Below, one piece after another: positions 19,217-27,780 of a DNA stretch of 64,000 nt (positions within the stretch are counted from its first letter, which is position 1; every line of letters starts with the position of its first letter). The notes beneath the pieces are model-generated. The model had not been told where the DNA came from, ran no database searches, and saw nothing but the letters and a program-made list of their open reading frames with translations. The stretch spans positions 124,001 to 188,000 of the IMG/VR virus record IMGVR_UViG_3300042350_002797; one strand, given 5' to 3'. Position numbers and translations under genes: made by a program.

Positions 19217-20404
19217 ATGGAAAAATCCGAATACGATTTTAAAAAGATACCGTTCGACGACATTGTTCGAGTTGGGCAACGAAACATGTTATACAGAGAC
19301 CTGTTTACAGTTAGTTGGCTACTAGGAAGATATTGTAATTACAGATGTAGTTATTGTTGGCCTTATGCTAGAAGCGACAAGAAAGATCATAGACCAACCG
19401 AACTATGTATTAAAACTATTGACGAAATAAAACGTCAAGCACGTGAACGAGGATTCAATAGTTTTCATTTTAGTCTCAGCGGCGGCGAGCCTACGTTTCA
19501 TCCAGGATATATTGATATTCTAAATCATTTGAATGATGATGCATCGAATACCAATTATACCAGTGTTCATATGACCACTAACATGAGTCGAACATTAAAA
19601 TGGTTTGAGCAAGAATACTGTTCCGCTGTAAGTAAATTTCATAGAGCCAGTATTACTGCTAGTCTACATACTGAACATGTAAACACTCCGGAAAAAATGA
19701 AAGAGTTTGGAGATAAATTGGAACTATGTCAGGAATATGATGTTCAAGTAACTATAAACATGGTAATGGTTCCTGAATGGTTTGATCGTGATTATGAAAA
19801 TGCATTGTATTTTCACAATAGAGGTATCAATGTTACATTAAAACCTCAAAGCGATCCTACTGCCAGCAGAGTAGTAGATGGTTATACATCGGAGATGTTA
19901 GAAAAACTACACAATGGAATGCCTCAACGAGCTTTTACAGAACACAAGGCCACTAAAGCTAAGTTAGTATCAAGGCCTGCTCCGACTTTTGTAAAAATGC
20001 CAGATCCATTATATAAGAATGAAAACAAAGACATACCTCAACACTTTCAAGTAGAGTTTATAGATAAGAATAAAAAAGTTTGGTATATGGATCAAGCAGA
20101 ACGATTCAACGCATTTAACTTTAACAAATTCCAAGGATGGGAGTGCTCTAGTGGTTTTAGAGGCGTTATTATTAGAGAACCAGACGGAAGTATAAAAAGA
20201 AGTTACAGTTGCTATGATAAACCTCTAGGAAATATAGAAACAGGATTTAAACTATTTGACACACCGGAGATGTGTATTACACCAAGTTGTGTAAGCAGTG
20301 CTGATAGTAAAATTCCCAAAAGAGCTCCAGGAACACAGTTGCCATTGTATCCTGGAGATACAAGTTATTCTGAAATAAAATCAGATGTCATAGGAAATAC
20401 TTGA
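19217..20404 (+). CDS. Radical SAM protein with C-terminal Twitch/SPASM domain
   Basis: CNYRCSYC, LSGGEP, TTN, ASLH; C-terminal C..G...C...LGNI...C...C. Confidence 0.9.
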   Translation: MEKSEYDFKKIPFDDIVRVGQRNMLYRDLFTVSWLLGRYCNYRCSYCWPYARSDKKDHRPTELCIKTIDEIKRQARERGFNSFHFSLSGGEPTFHPGYIDILNHLNDDASNTNYTSVHMTTNMSRTLKWFEQEYCSAVSKFHRASITASLHTEHVNTPEKMKEFGDKLELCQEYDVQVTINMVMVPEWFDRDYENALYFHNRGINVTLKPQSDPTASRVVDGYTSEMLEKLHNGMPQRAFTEHKATKAKLVSRPAPTFVKMPDPLYKNENKDIPQHFQVEFIDKNKKVWYMDQAERFNAFNFNKFQGWECSSGFRGVIIREPDGSIKRSYSCYDKPLGNIETGFKLFDTPEMCITPSCVSSADSKIPKRAPGTQLPLYPGDTSYSEIKSDVIGNT

Positions 20405-21033
20405 GCAATTACTGCCGCACAAGCTTTAGCAACTTCTTGATGTTCTTTTTGTGTACCGTTAGCACTACGCAATTCGATAAAGTGAACCCAACTACGTAGT
20501 GTGCCATTCATATAGATTTTGCTTTCAATTAAGCCTTCGGGTAACACAACACGAGCTTGCTCTTTAGCAATGCCGTTTTCGATAGCCCAGTTATAGGCCA
20601 TACGTGCTTCTGTGATAACATTATTTTGCCATCTGTCCCAACGTTTTTGTAAATCTTCGTCGTCAGTTTCTATACTATTTTGTCTATTAGTGGTGTCTTG
20701 AAGTCTTGCTTCTCGTCTAACGAAGTTAAGATCTTTTGTAGGGTCTGCATATCTCTGACTGAACTCCTGGAAACTGAAACTTCTGTGACGAAGGATTTGC
20801 CTTGCAATATCTCGTGTCGTCGTAATTTCCAAGCAAGCTGAAACCATTTCGAGTGGACTCCAGTGTTTGTGTCGTACGAGGTACCTGATGAGCTTGCTAC
20901 TGGTGTCGTTGTTGAGCTGGTTACTCGGGTTTGAGACTCTGGCACAGAACGCGATGAGTTCCTGTGCATCGGTGATTCCCAAGGAGGCAAACTCGCTAGT
21001 TGGCTGACTGTATGATAAAAGTCTGACATGCAT
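20365..21033 (-). CDS. thyX: Flavin-dependent thymidylate synthase
   Basis: HWSPLE, ThyX motif RHRSFSFQEFSQRY, KEQAR..LP. Confidence 0.97.
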   Translation of the reverse strand: MHVRLLSYSQPTSEFASLGITDAQELIAFCARVSNPSNQLNNDTSSKLIRYLVRHKHWSPLEMVSACLEITTTRDIARQILRHRSFSFQEFSQRYADPTKDLNFVRREARLQDTTNRQNSIETDDEDLQKRWDRWQNNVITEARMAYNWAIENGIAKEQARVVLPEGLIESKIYMNGTLRSWVHFIELRSANGTQKEHQEVAKACAAVIAQVFPMTSDFISE

Positions 21034-21342
21034 TTATTTAATCTTTCTTTGTTTTAAAAATTGGTTAGTTTTTTTAATAATATCTTTTTTAATTCTTTCT
21101 GTATCTAGTTTAAAGTCTACGTTGTCTATTTCGTTTTCATAAGAGGTAAACCATTCTTTGATTTCTGATTCAAATATTTCTTTACTTTTCCCATTAAGAC
21201 TTACCTCCCAAGTTTTACCATTTTTAAAAGTGACTATTATTGAATGTAAATAATCAATTGGTATTGCATTAAATGAAATATCTTCAAATATTTCGGGCCA
21301 ATGTTTTACAATATCTTCGGGAAATTTTTTCCCTTTAGTCAC
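21034..21342 (-). CDS. Hypothetical protein
   Basis: 102-aa ORF in a coupled operon. Confidence 0.6.
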   Translation of the reverse strand: MTKGKKFPEDIVKHWPEIFEDISFNAIPIDYLHSIIVTFKNGKTWEVSLNGKSKEIFESEIKEWFTSYENEIDNVDFKLDTERIKKDIIKKTNQFLKQRKIK

Positions 21343-21971
21343 TCTTTTACAGCTACCTTTTTCTTAGTAGGAACTAGCTCTTCGGCTAGTCTGCGTAGTT
21401 GAGCAGCTTCTTTGCTTAATCTATCAGCGTCGCTTCTGTATTTTTTAGCCATTTCTTCATCAGTTAGAACTTGTGGTCCAGTTACATCAGTAGATGTAGT
21501 TTTAGCTTGATCGATTACTGGTTCTGTATTGTCTTGTACAGGGCTAATATCCTTAGCTGTTGCAACTTGTTGAACTTCTACAGGGCTTCTTAGTGCTAAA
21601 TCTTGTACACTAACACCTTTTTGTTCAGCTATCATTTGATTTAATTCGGCTAACACTACACTAATGTTTGAATTAGGCGTCATTTCTATTTGATCAGTTG
21701 GAACTTTTTGTAAAAGCCCTTGTCTATGCAGCGAAGGAAGGACTGTAGTACCATCAGGAAAAAATGCTCTAGCAAATACTTCTGAAAGTTCTGACGATGT
21801 TTGACTAGCATTACTTTCCACTAGACTAATTAATGAATCGTGATAGCTAGGAGTCAAAGATTCTGTTAATACTGCTAGGCAATTAAATGCATCACCAGGC
21901 AAAGTTCTAAATACTACAATACACTTCTTTCCGTTATTCTTAATTCTTCCTACATGTTTAATGTCACTCAT
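21339..21971 (-). CDS. Hypothetical protein with C-terminal coiled coil
   Basis: 210 aa; C-terminal AKKYRSDADRLSKEAAQLRRLAE. Confidence 0.65.
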   Translation of the reverse strand: MSDIKHVGRIKNNGKKCIVVFRTLPGDAFNCLAVLTESLTPSYHDSLISLVESNASQTSSELSEVFARAFFPDGTTVLPSLHRQGLLQKVPTDQIEMTPNSNISVVLAELNQMIAEQKGVSVQDLALRSPVEVQQVATAKDISPVQDNTEPVIDQAKTTSTDVTGPQVLTDEEMAKKYRSDADRLSKEAAQLRRLAEELVPTKKKVAVKE

Positions 21972-21973
21972 AA

Positions 21974-22195
21974 TTAGTTTCCTTGTTGTTTTGTAACACT
22001 AGACAAAAATTTAGTAAGTTTTGTGTATACCTGCCCTACAGCTATCATTTCGTTAGGTTTAAATGCACCTCTTGAACTAGCGATGTCAATAATGGTTTTC
22101 ATTGCATTAAGATCATTTACATTGAGATCTGAAGACTCTGCTTCAGCAGCTTCGGGTGTTGCGGGCATTTCTTGTTGTTTGATTTCTTCTGTCAT
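21974..22195 (-). CDS. Small hypothetical protein
   Basis: 73 aa, AGGAG SD; IIDIASSRGAFKPNE..AVG..Y motif. Confidence 0.65.
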   Translation of the reverse strand: MTEEIKQQEMPATPEAAEAESSDLNVNDLNAMKTIIDIASSRGAFKPNEMIAVGQVYTKLTKFLSSVTKQQGN

Positions 22196-22234
22196 AAGAA
22201 CTCCTATAGTAAGTAATATTACTAGTTATCTATT

Positions 22235-22519
22235 TTAGATATACGGGCAGGCAATATTGAAAAAGCTTACTTCTTTTTCTACTTCGAATCCGATCTCAGT
22301 TACGTATTGGATACTGTTGTTAATAAGGGAAAGATTGGATCCTATATAGTATCTTCCATTAAGATTTTCGTATATCCATTTATCTAAAGATAGTAGTAAC
22401 CCAGGAGTAGCTTTGTTTATAATGATAAATTTAAAATGTTTTGCAGGAAAACTTACTTTACGCACATTAAGTGCGTTAAGTAAGTTTATTTTTCCTTTAC
22501 TTAAATTCGTAGTATGCAT
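22235..22519 (-). CDS. Hypothetical protein
   Basis: Probable start ATG 22519, overlapping the end of the vWA gene; W+..N..GRYY...IGFE..KE pattern. Confidence 0.55.
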   Translation of the reverse strand: MHTTNLSKGKINLLNALNVRKVSFPAKHFKFIIINKATPGLLLSLDKWIYENLNGRYYIGSNLSLINNSIQYVTEIGFEVEKEVSFFNIACPYI

Positions 22520-23663
22520 GAGTACCAAAAGGAGGAACGATTGTATCGTTGCCATGAATAATGAATACAGTATCGCAGTAATCTGGATCACCCCAGCTAT
22601 CCCAAGGATAACCGTCAGTGAACATAATCAATTTTTTAGGATTGATATCGTGTTCCTTCATGTAACTCCAATTACACATAAAATCAGTGCCGCCACCGCC
22701 CATTAGTTCATAGCCCATGATATCATCATTGTAGCCATCGAAGTCTGCTTCGTTATAGACTTTAGTATCAAAGCACCACAATTTAATTTTATAGTCTTTG
22801 TATTCTTCCATGATGCCCTTGATTTCACTGATGAAGTCTTTGCCCATTTCATCAGTGATAGATCCTGACATGTCGATGGAGCAACAGATGTCGATAGTTT
22901 CATCAAATTGGGTGCCCGGAAGAATAGCACTCATATGCCAAGCTTTGCGACTAGGACGTATGAAAGTGTAATCGTTTTTGATCACACTTTGAATTTGCTG
23001 ACGTAAAATTTCTCGCCAGTTCATCTTAGGTTCGGTCAGCTCTTTAATCATCCGTTGAACAGATGCTGGAGTATTACCTGCACCAGCAGCTTGAGCTGCC
23101 TGAATAGTAGCTTCTTTTATCTCGTCACGAATTTGTTTGAGCTCTTCTTTAGTGTAAGAAGGCCGACCGTCTTTACCTTCTTTCTCCCAATCGATGTGTT
23201 CATCTAACAATTGACCTAGAGCTGCTAATTGTTCTTCATCATATTTGTCAAAAATTTCATCATAGATTTGCTCAGTGCCTTTACCGTAGTGCTGAGGATC
23301 GTGAAAGATTTTAATGTCTGGAGGTACTTCTCCAATTCGATCACGAATTAATTGACCATTAACACTGTAATCAGCAGCCGCATTCCAGATAAAACGATCT
23401 CGACCTTCCACACGCATCATATGATCGAATACGTTATGAAGGATTTCGTGTGCTACAACGAACTCTACTTGTTTATTAGTCAGTTTATCAAAAAATTCTC
23501 GATTGTAATAAAGATTACGTCCGTCGGTTGCTGCTGTTGGGCACCAATCGCTACCATCTATAATCTTAAGACGAGTAGCCATATTGCCAAAAAATGGATG
23601 ACGCAGTAGCAGTCCGACTCGTGCTACCACAATTTTATCAATTACAGGGTCCAAATAACTCAT
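22497..23663 (-). CDS. Metallopeptidase-like (HExxH) + vWA domain protein (DUF2201-type)
   Basis: TAATDG, AHEILH, MIDAS IDMSGSI, GGGGTDF, FTDG. Confidence 0.9.
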   Translation of the reverse strand: MSYLDPVIDKIVVARVGLLLRHPFFGNMATRLKIIDGSDWCPTAATDGRNLYYNREFFDKLTNKQVEFVVAHEILHNVFDHMMRVEGRDRFIWNAAADYSVNGQLIRDRIGEVPPDIKIFHDPQHYGKGTEQIYDEIFDKYDEEQLAALGQLLDEHIDWEKEGKDGRPSYTKEELKQIRDEIKEATIQAAQAAGAGNTPASVQRMIKELTEPKMNWREILRQQIQSVIKNDYTFIRPSRKAWHMSAILPGTQFDETIDICCSIDMSGSITDEMGKDFISEIKGIMEEYKDYKIKLWCFDTKVYNEADFDGYNDDIMGYELMGGGGTDFMCNWSYMKEHDINPKKLIMFTDGYPWDSWGDPDYCDTVFIIHGNDTIVPPFGTHAYYEFK

Positions 23664-23693
23664 ATTTGCTCCGTTTAATTACTGTACTTATAC

Positions 23694-23722
23694 ATTATAA
23701 CAGGGCCCGCAGGCCCTGTCAA
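23694..23722 (-). promoter_or_regulatory. Consensus sigma70 promoter with a perfect inverted repeat in its spacer
   Basis: TTGACA-17 nt-TATAAT with TG extension; ACAGGGCC-TGCG-GGCCCTGT spans the spacer and half of the -35 box. Confidence 0.85.
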
Positions 23723-23733
23723 TGGATTTTGGA

Positions 23734-24825
23734 TTAGTTTCGATCTGTAGCCGCTGCAATATACTTACCATATTTTGCATGGAACTGATCAAAGCACTCA
23801 ATTTCGTCCGGATCCAACGGCAATTGATACTGAGTAAGTGCCAACTTAGTACCCATAACAACTAATTCAGTTTCAAAATTGTTCATAATGAAATTAAAGA
23901 AATTGTTAACTTTCTTATTCCAATCTTTTTCTTGCTTGTCGCAAGAATCTTTGAGTTCGTAGCACAGACTAACAGTTAAAGAGTACATAGCTGAAATCTC
24001 TTTAGACTCCATTTTAGTAACCTTGCCGCTCAAGATATCTTCCGGCTTAGGCATTTTGCTAGCAATTTTACGATGCGCCATAAATTTAACAGCAAGACCT
24101 TCACCTACAGCACCAGACACTAGATCGGTAAGTGTGCCTTCATCTTCTTCATCATCGAATAACAGTTCAGAAACGAATGCCCATGAACGGGGAGTAGCAA
24201 ATGCACGACTACCGCTCTTTGGATCGAAGTCGTATAGATCCTTCTTGCTGAAAGAAAGGAAACCAAGTACGTCTTTATGAATACGATTATCAGTGGCCCA
24301 ACCAAAATAATCATCCCAGTCTACACGCATTTCTAAGTGTACAAAACGATTAGCCAGCGGAGCAGGCATACGATAAGTAACACCCTTGTCGCTTTCACGG
24401 TTGCCCGCCGCAACAATTAATACATTGTCTGGCAAGTAGTAAGTGCCAACACGTCGATTGAGAACTAGCTGATAAGCAGCAGCCTGTACAGCGGGAGCCG
24501 CAGAGTTCATTTCATCCATGAACAAGATAATTTGTTTATGTTTTTTTGCCATAACAGCATCAGGCAATTCGATTGGAGGTGCCCAAGACATTTTTCCATT
24601 GTCACTGTCAAAATATGGAATACCTTTAATATCGGTAGGTTCCCACAAGCTCAGTCGAATATCGATAACATGAGCATCTAGTTCTTCGCCCATTTGTTTA
24701 ATAATGTCGGACTTACCAATACCGGGGGGACCCCAAAGAAAGATAGGGCGTTTAGCTTTAAAAGCACGACGCAGAGATTTTTTAGCGGCCTTAGGACCAA
24801 CTTGACGCGATGAAATTTCGCTCAT
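23734..24825 (-). CDS. MoxR-like AAA+ ATPase
   Basis: Walker A GPPGIGKS, Walker B LFMDE, AAGN, LANRF, TPRSW; adjacent vWA partner. Confidence 0.9.
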   Translation of the reverse strand: MSEISSRQVGPKAAKKSLRRAFKAKRPIFLWGPPGIGKSDIIKQMGEELDAHVIDIRLSLWEPTDIKGIPYFDSDNGKMSWAPPIELPDAVMAKKHKQIILFMDEMNSAAPAVQAAAYQLVLNRRVGTYYLPDNVLIVAAGNRESDKGVTYRMPAPLANRFVHLEMRVDWDDYFGWATDNRIHKDVLGFLSFSKKDLYDFDPKSGSRAFATPRSWAFVSELLFDDEEDEGTLTDLVSGAVGEGLAVKFMAHRKIASKMPKPEDILSGKVTKMESKEISAMYSLTVSLCYELKDSCDKQEKDWNKKVNNFFNFIMNNFETELVVMGTKLALTQYQLPLDPDEIECFDQFHAKYGKYIAAATDRN

Positions 24826-24879
24826 TTATTTGCCTTTCGTTGTAAAAAATGTTGTGTGTTTTTGTATTGCAGTGTCGTT

Positions 24880-24908
24880 ATTGTATGATAAATTGCTTGA
24901 AATGTCAA
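24880..24908 (-). promoter_or_regulatory. sigma70 promoter
   Basis: TTGACA-17 nt-TACAAT upstream of the AAA gene. Confidence 0.8.
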
Positions 24909-24921
24909 CGACTTTTTGAAT

Positions 24922-25323
24922 TTATTCTTCAGTTTGATTAGATTGATTTTGGCGATTTATAGCCTTTACTAGACCAAATTTTCTTATATCATCGGAAAAC
25001 ATATATAATTCAAAACTTTTTCTTTCCGAAAAAACAATTATTGCTGAATTAGTAAGAAAATATGGACAATCCATATGCCTATCAAAAAAAATTATTACTT
25101 GTGGACTTAAATCTATTTCTTCAGTAAATGGTACAGTATAACTTTTTATTTGTAATTCGTTTGATAAAAAATTCAAACCTTCCTCGGTTAACCTAAGACC
25201 ACCCGAATTCTTATTACGGTGACTTTGCCACCATTTGTGTAGATGTAATTTAATATTGGCTGTATCTATACTTTTGTTAGCTTCTTTAAGAAAAATTTTT
25301 GTAAATGTTTCTTTATTGATCAT
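24922..25323 (-). CDS. Hypothetical protein
   Basis: 133 aa, GGLRLTEEG motif; ATGA overlap with the upstream gene. Confidence 0.65.
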   Translation of the reverse strand: MINKETFTKIFLKEANKSIDTANIKLHLHKWWQSHRNKNSGGLRLTEEGLNFLSNELQIKSYTVPFTEEIDLSPQVIIFFDRHMDCPYFLTNSAIIVFSERKSFELYMFSDDIRKFGLVKAINRQNQSNQTEE

Positions 25324-25604
25324 TTAATGATTTCGCCAGAAGTTAGTTTAACAACTTCAAAGTCTTCGGTGCTAAATGTTTGATTTAATTTTTTAGCCAG
25401 ATTGTGAGCATGTCCAGGATTAGAGAAACTTACTTTTTTATACTTCGGTCCAGGATAGTTTGTAAGACTGTTTGAGGATTTTAAATTAAAAGGTTCACCT
25501 TTATAAAAAACTGCCCAAATGGCCTCGGCTTCTAGAATCTGTTCACTCTTATAGTTTTTTTTATTAATATATTCTAACAATATAGTTGGTTTAGGACGAC
25601 TCAT
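25320..25604 (-). CDS. Conserved-looking hypothetical protein
   Basis: MSRPKP...IWAVFY.G.P.NL...GPKYKKVSFSNPGHA.NLA.KLN. Confidence 0.7.
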   Translation of the reverse strand: MSRPKPTILLEYINKKNYKSEQILEAEAIWAVFYKGEPFNLKSSNSLTNYPGPKYKKVSFSNPGHAHNLAKKLNQTFSTEDFEVVKLTSGEIIK

Positions 25605-25635
25605 ATACGACTCCGATAAGTACGTATATATTTAT
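25603..25635 (-). promoter_or_regulatory. Late-promoter motif overlapping an SD-sequestering hairpin
   Basis: Minus strand ATAAATA overlaps the 5' arm of ATATACG-T-ACT-(TATCGG)-AGT-CGTATAT; the 3' side holds GGAG and the AT of the start codon. Confidence 0.55.
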
Positions 25636-25642
25636 GTAAAAT

Positions 25643-25879
25643 CTATTTAAATCCGCCACCATCCATTTGAACGGTAACAGCCTGTCCTGAGCTTTGTAAC
25701 AGTTTGTTTAATAAAGAGTCATAGTCTTCTAGTAGTTTTGCATTTACTTCTCCTAAACAATAAGCAAGATTTTTAGCTGTTTTAATATCCAATCTGATTT
25801 CTTTTTGTTGTGACAAGTCTGCTGCTTTTACTTGTTGTAAAAATTGTTGTATTGGAAAAGTATTAATCGGATTTGACAT
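25643..25879 (-). CDS. Small hypothetical protein
   Basis: 78 aa ending VQMDGGGFK. Confidence 0.65.
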   Translation of the reverse strand: MSNPINTFPIQQFLQQVKAADLSQQKEIRLDIKTAKNLAYCLGEVNAKLLEDYDSLLNKLLQSSGQAVTVQMDGGGFK

Positions 25880-26339
25880 TGTTTAATGCTTGCCTCATTT
25901 CTAATTCTGTTTTAAAAGGACCACGGTACTCGTAACGTTCTATTGTTATTAATTTTGGACAAAAACTTTTTACCCACCCTTTTTCAAATTTGATTGTATA
26001 GTATCCTGCACAATACAAACTTTTACTAGATTTGCTTTTTGTGAACAATGGAAGTTTTTTTTGAATATTAAACAACACATTATACGGAGTTGAACTAGAA
26101 GGAAATCCGTAAACTTCCTTTATAGAAGTAGTACTGACTGTAGACTTAATTTTAGTTTCAAAAAACTCCTTACCAAACAATTTTGTTAATTCGTCTTTTT
26201 TAGAAAAATATTTTTCTGTTCCTTTTGAGCTCAACATAAATTTATTATTTTCTTTTTTATGAAGAACACCAATTTTTTCTCCATTTTCTTCTACAATCCA
26301 AAATTTTCCATCTACTATAGGTTTTGCTTTTATATTCAT
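25863..26339 (-). CDS. Hypothetical protein
   Basis: 158 aa; LPLFTKS.KSKS.YCAGYY...W..SFCPKL.T+..Y...GPFKT. Confidence 0.65.
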   Translation of the reverse strand: MNIKAKPIVDGKFWIVEENGEKIGVLHKKENNKFMLSSKGTEKYFSKKDELTKLFGKEFFETKIKSTVSTTSIKEVYGFPSSSTPYNVLFNIQKKLPLFTKSKSSKSLYCAGYYTIKFEKGWVKSFCPKLITIERYEYRGPFKTELEMRQALNNVKSD

Positions 26340-27334
26340 TGTGTCCTTTCTAATGCATACTTTGCTTGGAATGGTTCTGCGTAGCTCTGAATCGAATCTA
26401 TAATTTTATTCATTTCATACAATTGGCAAAATTTCATCAATCGTATTCCTACTTGGCTTATGTTTTTTGACTCTTTAATTTGGGAATCGATTGTTTCTTG
26501 AATAATACTTTTAATATTTTCAGGTTGATAATTCAAATCAATGAGTCTGCGATTTCTTTCGTAATCGTCAATTACTCGATGCTCGTTACCAGTATGATCA
26601 GTCCAACGTTGCAACATGAGATTGTTCCAGGCATATCCTTTTTTATTTTTGTCTTCGAATGCTTCTTGTAGTCCTACTTTGTTTTTAGTTCCTTTAGTTC
26701 TAACTCCAGGATATGCACTAAACACATTATCGCTAGTATCGCCTCGCATACATTTTTCAAAAAGAATCCATTCTGGGTTAGGCGCAGCTACCTCAGTTTT
26801 AGTCTTTTTATCAATTATTCTTTTACCTTTTTTGTCAAAAATACCTTCGTGTGTAGTCAATGTGTCTGCAACACCGTTATATTGCTTAACATTTGGTGCA
26901 ATGAGTTGATGAAAATCGCTGTCGGTGCTAATAATAACATGATTCTCGTTAGGATGATTTTGAATAAATCCTGCAATTAAATCGTCTGCTTCTAATTGAG
27001 GGTGATGTAACACAGTACAATTTGTTTTTTCTGTAACGAATTCTTTAAATTTATCAAATGTTTCCCAGAACAATTTATCTTCTTCTTGCTCTTTAGCAGT
27101 CATTGCGGCTCTAGTTTCTGCTCGATTAGCCTTATAAGGCGCATAAAAGTCTTTACGCCAGCTACGACCTTCGAGACAGAATACGACATGGCTACCGTTA
27201 AAATCTTGCCAAGCTTTTTTAATGCTATTAAAGGTAATATGTAACGCCATACCAAGTTTAATATCAGCATCACCTCGTACTACATGACGAGCACGAAAAA
27301 ATGTATTAGCAGTATCAACTAGAATATAAGTCAT
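26336..27334 (-). CDS. rnh: T4 RNase H-like 5'-3' exonuclease / flap endonuclease
   Basis: LVDTAN, SWRK...YKANR, EADD, STDSDF.QL, GD.SDN. Confidence 0.9.
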   Translation of the reverse strand: MTYILVDTANTFFRARHVVRGDADIKLGMALHITFNSIKKAWQDFNGSHVVFCLEGRSWRKDFYAPYKANRAETRAAMTAKEQEEDKLFWETFDKFKEFVTEKTNCTVLHHPQLEADDLIAGFIQNHPNENHVIISTDSDFHQLIAPNVKQYNGVADTLTTHEGIFDKKGKRIIDKKTKTEVAAPNPEWILFEKCMRGDTSDNVFSAYPGVRTKGTKNKVGLQEAFEDKNKKGYAWNNLMLQRWTDHTGNEHRVIDDYERNRRLIDLNYQPENIKSIIQETIDSQIKESKNISQVGIRLMKFCQLYEMNKIIDSIQSYAEPFQAKYALERTQ

Positions 27335-27780
27335 GAAACTTCTGAACGACCTTTCTCGATAGGAATGACATTAATGTAACCGGCACCGCGGGTAATATCT
27401 TGCCCTTCCTCTGCCAAAATATTACGTGCTAAGTCGCGAAACCAACGATCAACAATTTCTTCTTCTGGATCTCCATCGAATCCATATCCAGCTTGCTTCA
27501 ATTGTACAATAAAATGCTCATTCCAGTCAAGTTCAAAAAAGCCATTTCTAATATTATCTGGATTTACTTTAGTATCTAAAACTGCTACCCAAGGTTCGTT
27601 ATTAGCAGTAGCTCTTTCTTTCGGAGTCATTTTAGCTAATTCTTCTTGCCGCCGAGCTTCCTCTTCTTTGGCTAAAGCTTCGGCTGCACGAACTAGTGCT
27701 TCAGAAGTTTCTTTTTTTGCTCGTTCTCGTTCTTCCTCGAGTTTTTTAATACCTGTTATTTTTTTAATAAAATCTTTCAT
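27331..27780 (-). CDS. Hypothetical protein
   Basis: Likely start ATG 27780 (TAATG coupling to queE); EPWV.V...GFFELDWN..F motif. Confidence 0.65.
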   Translation of the reverse strand: MKDFIKKITGIKKLEEERERAKKETSEALVRAAEALAKEEEARRQEELAKMTPKERATANNEPWVAVLDTKVNPDNIRNGFFELDWNEHFIVQLKQAGYGFDGDPEEEIVDRWFRDLARNILAEEGQDITRGAGYINVIPIEKGRSEVS

